A DNA stretch of 64,000 bases from Nitrospirota bacterium (GCA_040754455.1 JBFMCP010000011.1:1-64000), one strand, 5' to 3'; positions 1-10,267 are shown, numbered from the stretch's first letter. Translations and numbers: made by a program. Notes: generated from the letters alone by a model not told the origin.

Positions 1-126
1 CTAAGGATCATCCTTGGCGGAAGTTCAACATCAACCGCGACAAGCGAAAAGCCCCGCAGACGGCGGCGGCATAAACCGGACATTTCTATTTTGGTAAAAA
101 CAGGACATTTCTAAATTGGCTTGACA
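1..126 (+). mobile_element. Right end of an insertion sequence (ISNCY-like), truncated by the window edge
   Basis: Frame 3 reads KDHPWRKFNINRDKRKAPQTAAA* (stop at 72-74); HPWR is a typical C-terminal motif of ISNCY-type transposases. Two GGACATTTCTA sub-repeats follow (78-88, 103-113), then a terminal TTGACA (121-126). Confidence 0.7.
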
Positions 127-287
127 CTTCGACCGCCGATTATTGACTTTTATGTACGTTTATGGCATCCTTTGTACCGAAGTTTCAGAAGTCTTCTTGA
201 AGCATAAGGCCGCAAAGACGTAGAGCTTTGGACCTGCGAACACCGGTTGTTCTGAAATTTTAGTTCACTGAGTAAGGAGGAGAGGAA

Positions 288-488
288 GTGGCTGAAGGTA
301 CCGTAAAGTGGTTTAATGAGGCTAAGGGTTTCGGCTTTATTACCCGCGACGATGGCAGCGATGTTTTTGTCCATTATTCTTCAATACAGAGCAATGGATT
401 CAAGACCCTTGCCGAAGGCGACAAAGTCAGCTTTGATGTCGAACAGGGCCCCAAGGGCCTCAAGGCAGTCAACGTCTCAAAGCTGTAA
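288..488 (+). CDS. csp: Cold-shock protein (CspA family)
   Basis: [15 protein letters not shown] (RNP1) and DVFVHYS (RNP2); GTG start after AGGAGG/GAGGA. Confidence 0.97.
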   Translation: MAEGTVKWFNEAKGFGFITRDDGSDVFVHYSSIQSNGFKTLAEGDKVSFDVEQGPKGLKAVNVSKL

Positions 489-510
489 TCACTGCGCTGC
501 AACGAAATAC

Positions 511-540
511 TCCCCCTGCATTACAGCAGGGGGATTTTTG
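511..540 (+). terminator. Rho-independent terminator after csp
   Basis: TCCCCCTGC-N6-GCAGGGGGA followed by TTTTT. Confidence 0.85.
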
Positions 541-573
541 TTCCCGCGGAATGTCACGCTCCCTCTGGATAAT

Positions 574-1899
574 CTATCTGGTTATCTGCTCTGCGTAGGA
601 GGTCACAGGCTCCGAGTGCAGAATCCGGACAAGGAGCTCGTCATCAAGGGAGACCCATTCTCCCCCCGTCGTACTGAAATAGGCCTGCTTGAAGTATTCA
701 TCATCGCCGACAATCCTCACTCCGGTAAGGAGCCTGCTGTCAGGCGGCGGGAGCTGGCGCATGCGGTTGTTGTCAAACAGCGGCTTGAGCTGGCGCTTTA
801 CGAACAGGACGATATGCTTTCCCATCTGGCCATTGACCCCGCGACTGTAGGAGGCGATATTTTTGACCACCTCGGTAAGGGGCACATTGAAGACCTCCAT
901 GAACGAAAGCTCGGGATAGGCCTTGAGCGAGGCCTCATGGATCGTAATCATCCCCGAGCCCCCTTTAAAGGTATGGAGGACCGTAAGCCCACCGAAGAAC
1001 GAGGTGACCTCATAGCGGTCTCCCTTCTGCTCAACAATAATGCGATCCTCTGCTATACTGCTGACCATTTCCCTGATACGGCTATCTGCGGAAAGGGGTG
1101 AGGAGAGGGGAGCCCGCTGAGTCGCTGCACTCTGAGCAGGTGCCGGCTTCTCTTCCACAGCCTGAACAGTGTTAGCCCCAAGGACCTTTACTTCATCCCT
1201 CATGCCGGTGTTCTCCCTGGCATCGGGAGACGAGGACGGCATCTTGACCGCCCTGCCCGGTGCATGAGATTGCTCCTCTTTCCAGGCCTGAACAGGGTTC
1301 AGCTCAGGTCTTTTTTTCTCCGGATCAAAAGACTCCTTCCGGCCATCTAGTGCCTGCTCAATGAAGGAATCCGCAATAAAAACATCACCCTCGACCGCGA
1401 TGCCGTTAAGAGCGACAATGTTACGCATGGTCCATTCTTTACCGTTTTTCCACAAGGTGTAAGCTCTTGTCCCCAATACCACATCTGCCCCCTTCGGAGC
1501 AGACCTTCCCAATCCGCAGAGGAGGCGCTCTCCCCTGGCATCCCTGAAGAGCAATCCCGTCGTTCCGACCTTCCCCACTGCAGTTCCTGAAAGGTGGTGC
1601 ACTGTTCCTACCTTCGTCACCCCGGAGCCGCGAGAACCCGTGGTGAAAAATTTCAGTTTTCTCGGTTCTGCTGCAAGGCTCGCCTTTCGAATACCTTTTT
1701 TCAACGCTGCACCCTCTTTGGAAACCGGCTTCTTCAACGCGCTCTCGGGCCGGGGTACAGAGCTTTTCTGAGGTGTTTGATGGCAGGGCTCACAGCCCAT
1801 GGCAATAGGCCGCATCCCGCTTTGTGCAAAAGAGGCGGCCGGAGCAGCGATAGAGAGGGCGAGCGTCGCTGCGGCAATCGCTCTTTCAAAGACCCTCAT
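574..1899 (-). CDS. Hypothetical exported protein with one CxxCH motif
   Basis: Signal-like MRVFERAIAAATLALSIAAPAASFA followed by CEPCH. The frame is also open further upstream (ATG at 2094), so the start is uncertain. Confidence 0.6.
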   Translation of the reverse strand: MRVFERAIAAATLALSIAAPAASFAQSGMRPIAMGCEPCHQTPQKSSVPRPESALKKPVSKEGAALKKGIRKASLAAEPRKLKFFTTGSRGSGVTKVGTVHHLSGTAVGKVGTTGLLFRDARGERLLCGLGRSAPKGADVVLGTRAYTLWKNGKEWTMRNIVALNGIAVEGDVFIADSFIEQALDGRKESFDPEKKRPELNPVQAWKEEQSHAPGRAVKMPSSSPDARENTGMRDEVKVLGANTVQAVEEKPAPAQSAATQRAPLSSPLSADSRIREMVSSIAEDRIIVEQKGDRYEVTSFFGGLTVLHTFKGGSGMITIHEASLKAYPELSFMEVFNVPLTEVVKNIASYSRGVNGQMGKHIVLFVKRQLKPLFDNNRMRQLPPPDSRLLTGVRIVGDDEYFKQAYFSTTGGEWVSLDDELLVRILHSEPVTSYAEQITR

Positions 1900-2241
1900 G
1901 TTTTTTTGGCAGAACGACGAAAAGTGATCATTGACGACCGCATAGATCGGATGGTCTTTATTGGCGTCAAGCCATCGGGCAAGGGCCCGCCGCCCCTTAC
2001 GGAATCCTAGGAGATGCGCTCTCGAGTCCTGCAGCACGAGATTGAAACACTTGCCGTCGACCCAGATATGGGTACCGGGGATATTTGCTCCCATAGGCTC
2101 CTTTGCCGGAAAGGTACTTTCCTGATGTATATCATAAAGCACGGAAAAGGATATGTCAAAATATTTAATAAAAAGCTTTCTCAACGGCATCAGGTACACG
2201 GCCAGACATCGGAGGAAAGGATAGAGGAGCAGCATAAGGAG

Positions 2242-4974
2242 TTACATCAGCCCCCGTGTCACTCTGTACACCGTTTCGCTCAGCTCCTGTATTCGGTACG
2301 GCTTGATCACCATACCGGCGAAGCCGTACTCTTTATAGTGCGCCATGACAGGGTCGTTCGAGTAGCCGCTCGACACGATCGCTTTGACCGCAGGATCAAT
2401 CTCGCGCAACCGCGCCATCGCCTCTTTTCCGCCCATTCCTCCGGGGATGGTCAGATCCATGACCACTACATCAAAAGGATCTCCTGAAGCCCGTGCCCTT
2501 TTATACAGATCGATTGCCTCCTCGCCGTCGCGTGCGTACTCGACACTGTAGCCCATGCTCCTCAGCATTGCGCCGCTGACATCACGTATGATCTCCTCAT
2601 CATCCATCACCAGCACCCTTCCCTTACCGGTAAAAGCCCCCCGTTCCTTACCGTCCGGAGCAGCGGCCGCTTCCGTTGCCGCAGGAAGGTAAAGATAAAA
2701 CGTAGCGCCTTTGCCTGGTTCGGATTCCACCGCAATAGAGCCGCCGTGCTTTCTGATAATGGAATAGACCGTGGCAAGGCCGAGGCCGCTTCCTCCCTGT
2801 TTGGTCGTGAAGTAGGGGTCAAAGATGTTCTGGAGATGTTCTTTTGGAATGCCGATCCCCTGGTCTCTGACGGTGATCTTTACATAGTTGCCTGCCGCAA
2901 GCGGGAACTTATCATCATCCTTTATGATGGTATTCTTGCCTTCTATTTTTATTGTTCCTCCCATCGGCATCGCCTGCTGCGCATTGAGCACCAGATTATG
3001 GATCACCTGACTTATCTGTCCCTCATCGGCGCTCACTGTCCAGAGCCCCTCGGGGATCGAAAAGGCGCACCTCACATTCGCTCCCCTCAGCGCAAAGCCG
3101 GCCGACTCTCTGATGAGGGTTCCAAGGGAAATTATTTTCTTAATGGGGACACCGCCTTTCGAGAAGGTGAGCAACTGCTGGGTCAGATCCTTTGCCCTGA
3201 GCGAGGCCCGCTCCGCCTCCTTGAGCCGTTCATGTGCCTTGTCATCGCTCATCACATAGAGGGCTGCGAGGGATAGATTACCCAGGATCGACGTCAGCAG
3301 GTTGTTGAAGTCATGGGCGATGCCGCCAGCAAGGATGCTCAGGGACTCGAGCTTCTCCGTTTTGAGATGCTCCTCCTCCAGCCGCTTCCGCTCGGTAATA
3401 TCCCTCATGATAGATGCATAGCCGGTGATAGCTCCTTCCTTGTCCCGCAGGACCACCGCCGTCATCTCGACGGGAACCGGTCTTCCCTGTTTCGATATCC
3501 TTATTGTTTCATACCCGGTGAGGAATCCCCTTGCGTTGAGGGTGTTGAGACAATGGTCCATCTCGCTTTGCACCATATCCTCCGGAATGATGAGGGCAAT
3601 CGGCTTACCCAGCACTTCATCGGCGCTGTACCCCAGCATCCGCTCCGCCCCTTCGTTCCATGAGCGGATGGTTCCCTCCAGGTCGATAGAACAGACCGCT
3701 TCGGGGATGGTCTGTATAATCGATGCAAGAAAGGTTATCTTCTCCTCGGTTCTCTTTCGCTCGGTGATGTCTCTGACCACCTCGATCCCGGCGATGATGC
3801 TTCCCTTTGCATCTCTCAAGGGGGTTGCCGTTACTTCCAGGTAGATGGTCCCTTTATCAGTAACCGCGCTCGTTTCGCGCCGGTGGAGCCGCCCATCCTC
3901 AAAAACCCTCACCAGAAGGCATCCCTCACAGATACTGTCTCTGTGCTGGTAGGCCCGATAACAATATTCACCAGCGTGGTCTCCCTGCTTTGCTTTATGG
4001 ATATCGTTCTGATAGAGAATTCTGAAGCTGGTGTCCTGGACCGTGATACCGTCTCCGATCGCGGTGAGTACGGCCTCCAGCTTGTTCTTTTCCTCCCTGA
4101 GCGACTCGTCGGCCTTTCTGCGCTCGGTAATATCCCTGCCGGTTCCGGCAATCCCCATGATCGTACCGTTGTGGTCGACGAGCAGCGAGCCTTTCAGCTC
4201 GTAGGGTATCCTCTTACCGCTTTTGGTCATCACATCGACCTCCGCTGTTGCTTCACCATGGTTCATGACGCGCTCCGTAGCAGCAGCAATACGCGGGGCA
4301 TCTTCTGCAGAGACAAAATGGGCGGGGCGCATCACGGCAATTTCCTCATCGCTGTAGCCGGTGACCTCGTTCACTCTCTTATTCCAGAGGAGGAATCGCC
4401 CTTTCTGATCAACAACATAAAAGAGGTCCTGCAGGATACTGAGGGCGCTCTCGGTGAACTTCTTCTCCCTCTTCAGATCCTCTTCCAGACGCTTCCGTTC
4501 GGTGATATCCTTAACGATTTCGATAACAGCAACAATGTTCCCACCGGCATCCCTCAACGGTGATGCGGTAACCTCGTTATAACGGATTTCATTGCCGGCC
4601 CTATACTGTTTTACTACCGTGCGTACGTTTCCGTCGGCGAACGTCTTGACGGCCTGGCAATCTTCGCAGATATTGTCACGCTGCTGATAGGCCTTATAGC
4701 AGTGTTCGCCGACATGACTGCCCATCAGATCTTTATGAAACTGATTTTGGGAGAGAATTTTAAAATGAGCATCGATGATGGTAATCCCCGTTCCGATGCT
4801 GCCGAGCACCGTCTCGAGCCTGGCGCGCTCCTCCTCTGCAACAGCGAGTGCCGTTCTGAGCCGCTCGCTGTTGTGCTGCTGCTCAGCGGCTGCCGCTTCG
4901 CGCTCGGCGATAGCCCGCCGCAGCACCTTGAGCTCGGCGATGAGTTGCTCTTTGCTTTTTTCTTCGTCGTTCAT
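2242..4974 (-). CDS. Multi-PAS hybrid sensor histidine kinase with C-terminal receiver
   Basis: Four PAS/PAC repeats (xDITERK), H-box GGIAHDFNNLL, HATPase (NLVLNA, DQGIG, FTTK, GSGLGL), receiver VLVMDDE...DLTIPG...K. Confidence 0.95.
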   Translation of the reverse strand: MNDEEKSKEQLIAELKVLRRAIAEREAAAAEQQHNSERLRTALAVAEEERARLETVLGSIGTGITIIDAHFKILSQNQFHKDLMGSHVGEHCYKAYQQRDNICEDCQAVKTFADGNVRTVVKQYRAGNEIRYNEVTASPLRDAGGNIVAVIEIVKDITERKRLEEDLKREKKFTESALSILQDLFYVVDQKGRFLLWNKRVNEVTGYSDEEIAVMRPAHFVSAEDAPRIAAATERVMNHGEATAEVDVMTKSGKRIPYELKGSLLVDHNGTIMGIAGTGRDITERRKADESLREEKNKLEAVLTAIGDGITVQDTSFRILYQNDIHKAKQGDHAGEYCYRAYQHRDSICEGCLLVRVFEDGRLHRRETSAVTDKGTIYLEVTATPLRDAKGSIIAGIEVVRDITERKRTEEKITFLASIIQTIPEAVCSIDLEGTIRSWNEGAERMLGYSADEVLGKPIALIIPEDMVQSEMDHCLNTLNARGFLTGYETIRISKQGRPVPVEMTAVVLRDKEGAITGYASIMRDITERKRLEEEHLKTEKLESLSILAGGIAHDFNNLLTSILGNLSLAALYVMSDDKAHERLKEAERASLRAKDLTQQLLTFSKGGVPIKKIISLGTLIRESAGFALRGANVRCAFSIPEGLWTVSADEGQISQVIHNLVLNAQQAMPMGGTIKIEGKNTIIKDDDKFPLAAGNYVKITVRDQGIGIPKEHLQNIFDPYFTTKQGGSGLGLATVYSIIRKHGGSIAVESEPGKGATFYLYLPAATEAAAAPDGKERGAFTGKGRVLVMDDEEIIRDVSGAMLRSMGYSVEYARDGEEAIDLYKRARASGDPFDVVVMDLTIPGGMGGKEAMARLREIDPAVKAIVSSGYSNDPVMAHYKEYGFAGMVIKPYRIQELSETVYRVTRGLM

Positions 4975-5340
4975 GCGCGCTTCCACCCATAGACAGCATA
5001 CCGTGTTCCGCCCGGCAGCGAATGTACTCTACCTATTTGGAGAGGCGCCTGTCAACGAGCGGCAACCGGTCTTGAGCGGCACGTATTTGAATGGACGATT
5101 ATAATTTCCCCCCCTTGCAACAGCGCTCTTCTTTGTACTATCATGTGTGCGCAGTCTTCACTGAAGTAAGGATGTAAGGAGTACCGCGCAGTTAAAGAAA
5201 CACAACCGTTCACAGAGAGCACGATGCAAGGCCGTTCCTTCCGCGGTAAAGATTCCCCTGCACTCTCCGATAAAAAGGTAAGCCTTGAAGACGGTTAAAC
5301 AACAATTCAACCGCATCACCTAATATATGGAGCACTGTCC

Positions 5341-6147
5341 ATGAAGAGAAGAGTCGTCACATTCGTAGTACTGTTGGCAACCATTATACTCCTTGGAGGG
5401 CTCTTGCCTGCCAGGGGAGCAGTACCGGGCACCAAAGAACCGCAGCAGGCAGTACGGGTTCCCATCCTTCTGTATCACCGCTTCGGTCCCGCCGTCACGG
5501 ACGGCATGACCGTCACCACTGAAGTCTTTGCATCCCACCTAAAATATCTCAAAGAGAACGGATATACGGTAATACCGCTCAAGCAGCTGGTCGATTATCT
5601 CCAGGGCAAAGGGCCTGCGCCAAAGCCGAAATCAGTGGTTATCGCCGTCGATGACGGGCACAAAACAGTCTATTCCGATATGCTGCCGCTGGTAAAACAA
5701 TACCGGATCCCGGTAACGCTCTTTTTATATCCATCGGCCATATCGAATGCCTCATATATTATGACCTGGGAGCAGATCAGGGAGCTTAAAAAGACGGGCT
5801 TGTTCGACCTGCAGGGCCACACCTACTGGCACCCTAACTTCAAGCGGGATAAAAAGAAAATGTCTCCGACTGAATATGAGAAATCCGTAGATATGCAGCT
5901 TGTGAAATCAAAAGCAAAGCTCGAGAAGGAACTTGACATCAAAGTGGACATGCTTGCGTGGCCCTTCGGCATTTACGATGAGTATCTGACCGCCAAAGCG
6001 GCACAGGCTGGCTACCGGGCCGCCTTCTCCATTGAGCGGCGGCATGTCACCAAATCCGATCATATGATGGCGCTCCCGCGCTATCTTTTAATCAATTCCG
6101 AAAGGGGGAAGGCATTCGAAAGACTCCTTGCAGGGGAAGCCTTTTGA
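5341..6147 (+). CDS. Exported polysaccharide deacetylase (CE4/NodB)
   Basis: Signal peptide; PILLYHR, AVDDG, GHTYWHP, LAWPFG and LPR motifs. Confidence 0.92.
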   Translation: MKRRVVTFVVLLATIILLGGLLPARGAVPGTKEPQQAVRVPILLYHRFGPAVTDGMTVTTEVFASHLKYLKENGYTVIPLKQLVDYLQGKGPAPKPKSVVIAVDDGHKTVYSDMLPLVKQYRIPVTLFLYPSAISNASYIMTWEQIRELKKTGLFDLQGHTYWHPNFKRDKKKMSPTEYEKSVDMQLVKSKAKLEKELDIKVDMLAWPFGIYDEYLTAKAAQAGYRAAFSIERRHVTKSDHMMALPRYLLINSERGKAFERLLAGEAF

Positions 6148-6163
6148 GTGCATCACGACGACA

Positions 6164-7483
6164 ATGAAAGGGAAGTTGACACACCTCATCGCACTGCTGG
6201 CAGCACTCTTCTTAACGGCATCCGGGTACGCTCTGGGAGGGACAACAGGCAAGGTCACCGGAAAGGTCATCGATGCGTATACGAAGAAACCCATAACCGG
6301 GGCATTCGTCGCGCTGAACGGTGTCATGACGCAGACCGATGCAAACGGTATGTTCGCCTATAGAGGCACGGGAGAGAAACTCACTGTAAGGGCCTATGGC
6401 TATACAAGGGCAGAGCAAACGCTGAACCCTACGGCTGCCAACTCCACGCTCGAGATCAAATTGACCCCCTTTACCCCGAAAGCGCTCTATCTCACCTTCT
6501 ACGGAATCGGCGATCGGGGGATCAGAGAAAATGCGCTCAGGCTTATTAACGATACCGAGCTCAATGCACTGGTCATTGATGTAAAAGGCGATAGAGGTGC
6601 GGTCACGTATAAAACATCGGTACCCCTTGCCAGTCAGATCGGCGCACAGAAACTCATCATTATTAAAGACATAAAAGGTCTCATTCAATCTATGAAAGAG
6701 CGTGGCATCTATACGATTGCCCGCATCGTCGTGTTCAAGGACAACATGCTCGGCGAGGCGCGGCCGGACCTTACGATACGGAGACAGCAGGACGGTAGCA
6801 TCTGGCGCGACCGCGAGAATCTCGTGTGGGTTGATCCTTCCAAAAAAGAGGTATGGGAATACAACATAAATCTCGCTATCGAGGCTGCCCAGAACGGGTT
6901 TGACGAAATTCAGTTCGATTATGTCCGTTTCCCGGACAGGAAGGGTCTCAAGTTCGCCATCGAAAACACCGAGGAGAACAGGGTCAATGCCATCTCAGGG
7001 TTCCTTGCTGAAGCAAAGCGGAGGCTTATGCCGTACAATGTTTTCCTGGCAGCGGACATCTTCGGGTATGTCCCCTGGAACCCCGATGATACACAGATCG
7101 GGCAGCGGCTCGATAAAGTGGTACCTTACGTAGACTATATCTCGCTCATGCTCTATCCTTCGGGCTTCCAGTTCGGCATACCGGGATACCGGAATCCTGT
7201 GGCGAACTCCTATGAAATTGTCCTCAGGACACTCAAGAAGTCGCAGGAGCGCACCAATATCTCATCGGTCCGCTTCAGGCCCTGGCTGCAGGCATTCAAG
7301 GATTACGCGTTTGACAAGAGGCATTTCAACGGCCCCGAAATCAGGAGCCAGATAAAGGCTGCCGAAGAGTTCGGCTCGAACGGCTGGATGCTCTGGAACC
7401 CCCGCAACGTGTATACTTCAGAAGGACTGAAGAGGGAGGCAGCCGCCAATGACAAGGCGAAAAAACCCTATAGCGCAGGTTAA
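6164..7483 (+). CDS. Putative glycoside hydrolase (DUF4015-like) with N-terminal carboxypeptidase-regulatory-like domain
   Basis: Signal peptide; GKVID...PITGA beta-domain; LNALVIDVK, IARIVVFKD, GFDEIQFDYVRFP, RPWLQAF, WMLWNP. Confidence 0.85.
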   Translation: MKGKLTHLIALLAALFLTASGYALGGTTGKVTGKVIDAYTKKPITGAFVALNGVMTQTDANGMFAYRGTGEKLTVRAYGYTRAEQTLNPTAANSTLEIKLTPFTPKALYLTFYGIGDRGIRENALRLINDTELNALVIDVKGDRGAVTYKTSVPLASQIGAQKLIIIKDIKGLIQSMKERGIYTIARIVVFKDNMLGEARPDLTIRRQQDGSIWRDRENLVWVDPSKKEVWEYNINLAIEAAQNGFDEIQFDYVRFPDRKGLKFAIENTEENRVNAISGFLAEAKRRLMPYNVFLAADIFGYVPWNPDDTQIGQRLDKVVPYVDYISLMLYPSGFQFGIPGYRNPVANSYEIVLRTLKKSQERTNISSVRFRPWLQAFKDYAFDKRHFNGPEIRSQIKAAEEFGSNGWMLWNPRNVYTSEGLKREAAANDKAKKPYSAG

Positions 7484-7496
7484 GACGAATTCATTC

Positions 7497-9887
7497 ATGT
7501 CGTATATACAGAAGAGCACCGCAGTCCTGGTGCTCTTCTGTATTTTTACGATTTTTATAACAGAGGCCCGGGCATCAGTCCGTGCTGCTGATCCTGTGCC
7601 GCGTCTGCGCGCCGAGCAGTTGGCCTCACTGCAAGTCATTATCGAGAAGGAGATCCGCAACGGCAATATCCCCGGCGCAGTCGTTATTGTAGGGACGCCT
7701 GAAGGAGTCGTCTACCGCCGGGCCTTCGGCAACCGCTCCCTCGAGCCGCAACGTCTGCCGATGACTGAAGATACGATCTTCGATATCGCTTCCCTCACCA
7801 AGGCAGTCGCCACCACCACTGCTATCATGCAGTTGGTCGAAAAGGGAAAGATACGGATCGACGCCCCTGTTGCGCGGTACTGGCCCGCGTTCAAGGCGAA
7901 CGGAAAGAAAGAGATCACCATCCGGCATCTCCTCACACACCATTCTGGCCTCAAGCCTGACCTGAAGCTGAAGCCGAAATGGTCGGGCTACAAGACCGCC
8001 ATAAAGATGATCATTCGAGAAAAGCCGATCGTAAAGCCCGGCTCGTGCTTTATTTACGGCGACACCAACTTCGCCGTGCTGGGAGAAATCGTGCGCAGGG
8101 TTTCTGGACAATCTCTCGAGGCATACTGCACAAAAAATATTTTCAAGCCGCTGGGCATGAAGGAGACCTTCTTCAAACCATCAAAGAAATGGCGCGACCG
8201 CATCGCTCCCACGTCGTATCACGCGCGAAAGATGCTCCAGGGCGACGTCCATGATCCCGTCTGCTATCGGATGGGCGGGGTCGCCGGACATGCAGGGCTC
8301 TTCTCTACCGCCGATGATCTCGCACTCTTTGCGCGGATGCTCCTGAACGGCGGCTCTCTCAATAATGTACGGATACTCAAGCCTGAAACCGTGGAGGCGA
8401 TGACCATCCCCCAGGCCCCGCCCGAGCCGAAAGCCGTTCGCGGCTTCGGTTGGGACCTCGAGCCGCCCTTTGCCGCAAACCGTGACTCTTTACCTTCCGC
8501 AGGCTCTTATGCCCACCTCGGGTATACCGGGACCGCACTCTGGATTGATCCGGTGACCAGGACATATATCATTTTATTAACGAACCGCGTCCATCCCGAC
8601 GGCAAAGGCGACATAAAAATACTCCGGGCACAGGTGCGGCAGGCAGTCGGCGATGCACTCGGACCACTCACCATTGAACAGATTCTCGCCCGCCGCCCTT
8701 CACTTGCAGCATTCTACGCGAAGGTAAAGCAGCCGCCGGTGCAGGTCGGCATGCGGGGCAGTACGGTCATGACCGGTATTGATGTGCTGGATGAAGCGAA
8801 TTTTTCGATCCTCTCCGGCCTGCGTGTGGGGCTCATCACGAACCACACCGGTCTCGATGCAACAGGTCGCCGCACCCTGGATCTGCTCTACCGGGCGCCG
8901 GGAGTAAAACTGAAGGCCCTCTTCAGCCCCGAACACGGGCTTGGGGGGGACGTTGATGAGAAGGTCGCCTCGACGAGGGAGTCGAGGACCGGGCTCCCTG
9001 TCTACAGTCTGTACGGAGCATCGCTCCGTCCTGATGATAAGATGCTCAAGGATCTGGACGCGCTGGTTTTCGATATCCAGGACGCAGGGGTTCGCTTTTA
9101 TACCTACATTTCCACCATGGGGTACGCCATGGAGGCTGCGGCAAAGAAGGGCATAAAATTTTTTGTCCTTGACCGGCCCAATCCCATCAATGCCGCTTTG
9201 GTCCAGGGGCCGGTCATGGACAGGGACTTGAAGTCATTTACCGGCTATTTTCCTTTGCCGATACGCCATGGCATGACCGTCGGAGAGCTTGCGGAGATGT
9301 TCAACAGCGAATACAATATCGGAGCGCAATTGCAGGTGATAAAAATGCGCGGCTATCAGCGCACCGCATGGTTCGATGAGACCGGCCTCGCGTGGGTAAA
9401 CCCCTCACCCAATCTGCGAAGCCTCACGCAGGCCATCCTCTATCCCGGCGTCGCCCTGGTTGAAGGTTCGAATGTAAGCGTAGGGAGAGGCACCGATGCC
9501 CCCTTCGAGCTGCTCGGCGCCCCGTGGATCGACGGTGAGCAACTCGCTGCTTATCTGAACAGCCGCGCTATTCAGGGAGTACGGTTTACCCCTGCGGAAT
9601 TTACTCCGGTCAGCCATATTTATAAGCAGAAGAAATGCCGCGGTGTCCGCATCGCCCTTGATAACCGGCAGTTCCTCGATACGGCAGCATTGGGCATCGA
9701 AATCGTCAGTGCGCTCTACCACCTTTACCCACGTGACTTCCAGGTCGACAAAACGCTCGGCCTCATCGGATCGCGCAGCATTGTTCAGGCAATAAAAGAC
9801 GGTCTGGACCCGCAATCAATCGTTCTGATGTGGCAGAACCCGCTCGCAGAGTTCCTCACCGTTCGTTCGAAATACCTGCTGTATTAG
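7497..9887 (+). CDS. Fusion of beta-lactamase-family serine hydrolase and exo-beta-N-acetylmuramidase NamZ (DUF1343)
   Basis: N-half FDIASLTK (SxxK), LLTHHSGL, GHAGLFST, HLGYTG; C-half GLITNHTG, FSPEHG, FDIQDAGVRFYTY, LDRPNP, PSPNL, SVGRGT. Confidence 0.9.
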   Translation: MSYIQKSTAVLVLFCIFTIFITEARASVRAADPVPRLRAEQLASLQVIIEKEIRNGNIPGAVVIVGTPEGVVYRRAFGNRSLEPQRLPMTEDTIFDIASLTKAVATTTAIMQLVEKGKIRIDAPVARYWPAFKANGKKEITIRHLLTHHSGLKPDLKLKPKWSGYKTAIKMIIREKPIVKPGSCFIYGDTNFAVLGEIVRRVSGQSLEAYCTKNIFKPLGMKETFFKPSKKWRDRIAPTSYHARKMLQGDVHDPVCYRMGGVAGHAGLFSTADDLALFARMLLNGGSLNNVRILKPETVEAMTIPQAPPEPKAVRGFGWDLEPPFAANRDSLPSAGSYAHLGYTGTALWIDPVTRTYIILLTNRVHPDGKGDIKILRAQVRQAVGDALGPLTIEQILARRPSLAAFYAKVKQPPVQVGMRGSTVMTGIDVLDEANFSILSGLRVGLITNHTGLDATGRRTLDLLYRAPGVKLKALFSPEHGLGGDVDEKVASTRESRTGLPVYSLYGASLRPDDKMLKDLDALVFDIQDAGVRFYTYISTMGYAMEAAAKKGIKFFVLDRPNPINAALVQGPVMDRDLKSFTGYFPLPIRHGMTVGELAEMFNSEYNIGAQLQVIKMRGYQRTAWFDETGLAWVNPSPNLRSLTQAILYPGVALVEGSNVSVGRGTDAPFELLGAPWIDGEQLAAYLNSRAIQGVRFTPAEFTPVSHIYKQKKCRGVRIALDNRQFLDTAALGIEIVSALYHLYPRDFQVDKTLGLIGSRSIVQAIKDGLDPQSIVLMWQNPLAEFLTVRSKYLLY

Positions 9888-9899
9888 GGCATTCCTGAG

Positions 9900-9938
9900 T
9901 TGACAAGAGCACAGTCACTGTATATATTAGATATATAC
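9900..9938 (+). promoter_or_regulatory. Sigma70 promoter with overlapping palindromic operator for the TA operon
   Basis: TTGACA (9900-9905), 17 nt, TATATT (9923-9928); palindrome GTATATAT-tag-ATATATAC (9920-9938) covers the -10. Confidence 0.75.
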
Positions 9939-9943
9939 TAAAT

Positions 9944-10267
9944 ATGGAAGAGTGGACCAGAATAGTGTCCCTTGTTGACGGATTTGATTGGGTCGAGGGT
10001 AACATTAATAAAAATTGGGAAAAGCACGGGGTTGCTCATATTGAGTGCGAGGAGATTTTTTTTAATAAGCCGGTCATGGTCAAGAAAGACGAATCCCGTT
10101 CAATGAGAGAGCATCGATATTTTGCATTAGGCAAAACGGATACCGAGAGATTGCTGTTCATTGTTTTTACCGTGAGAGGCAGAAAAATCAGAGTCATCTC
10201 GGCGCGAAATATGAGCCGGAAAGAAAGGAAAGCATATGAGCAAGTTGAAAAAGATTCCAAAATTTAA
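9944..10267 (+). CDS. brnT: BrnT family toxin
   Basis: FDWxxGNxxKNxEKHGV, ECEEIF, RYFALG, IRVISAR, RKERKAYE. Confidence 0.92.
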   Translation: MEEWTRIVSLVDGFDWVEGNINKNWEKHGVAHIECEEIFFNKPVMVKKDESRSMREHRYFALGKTDTERLLFIVFTVRGRKIRVISARNMSRKERKAYEQVEKDSKI

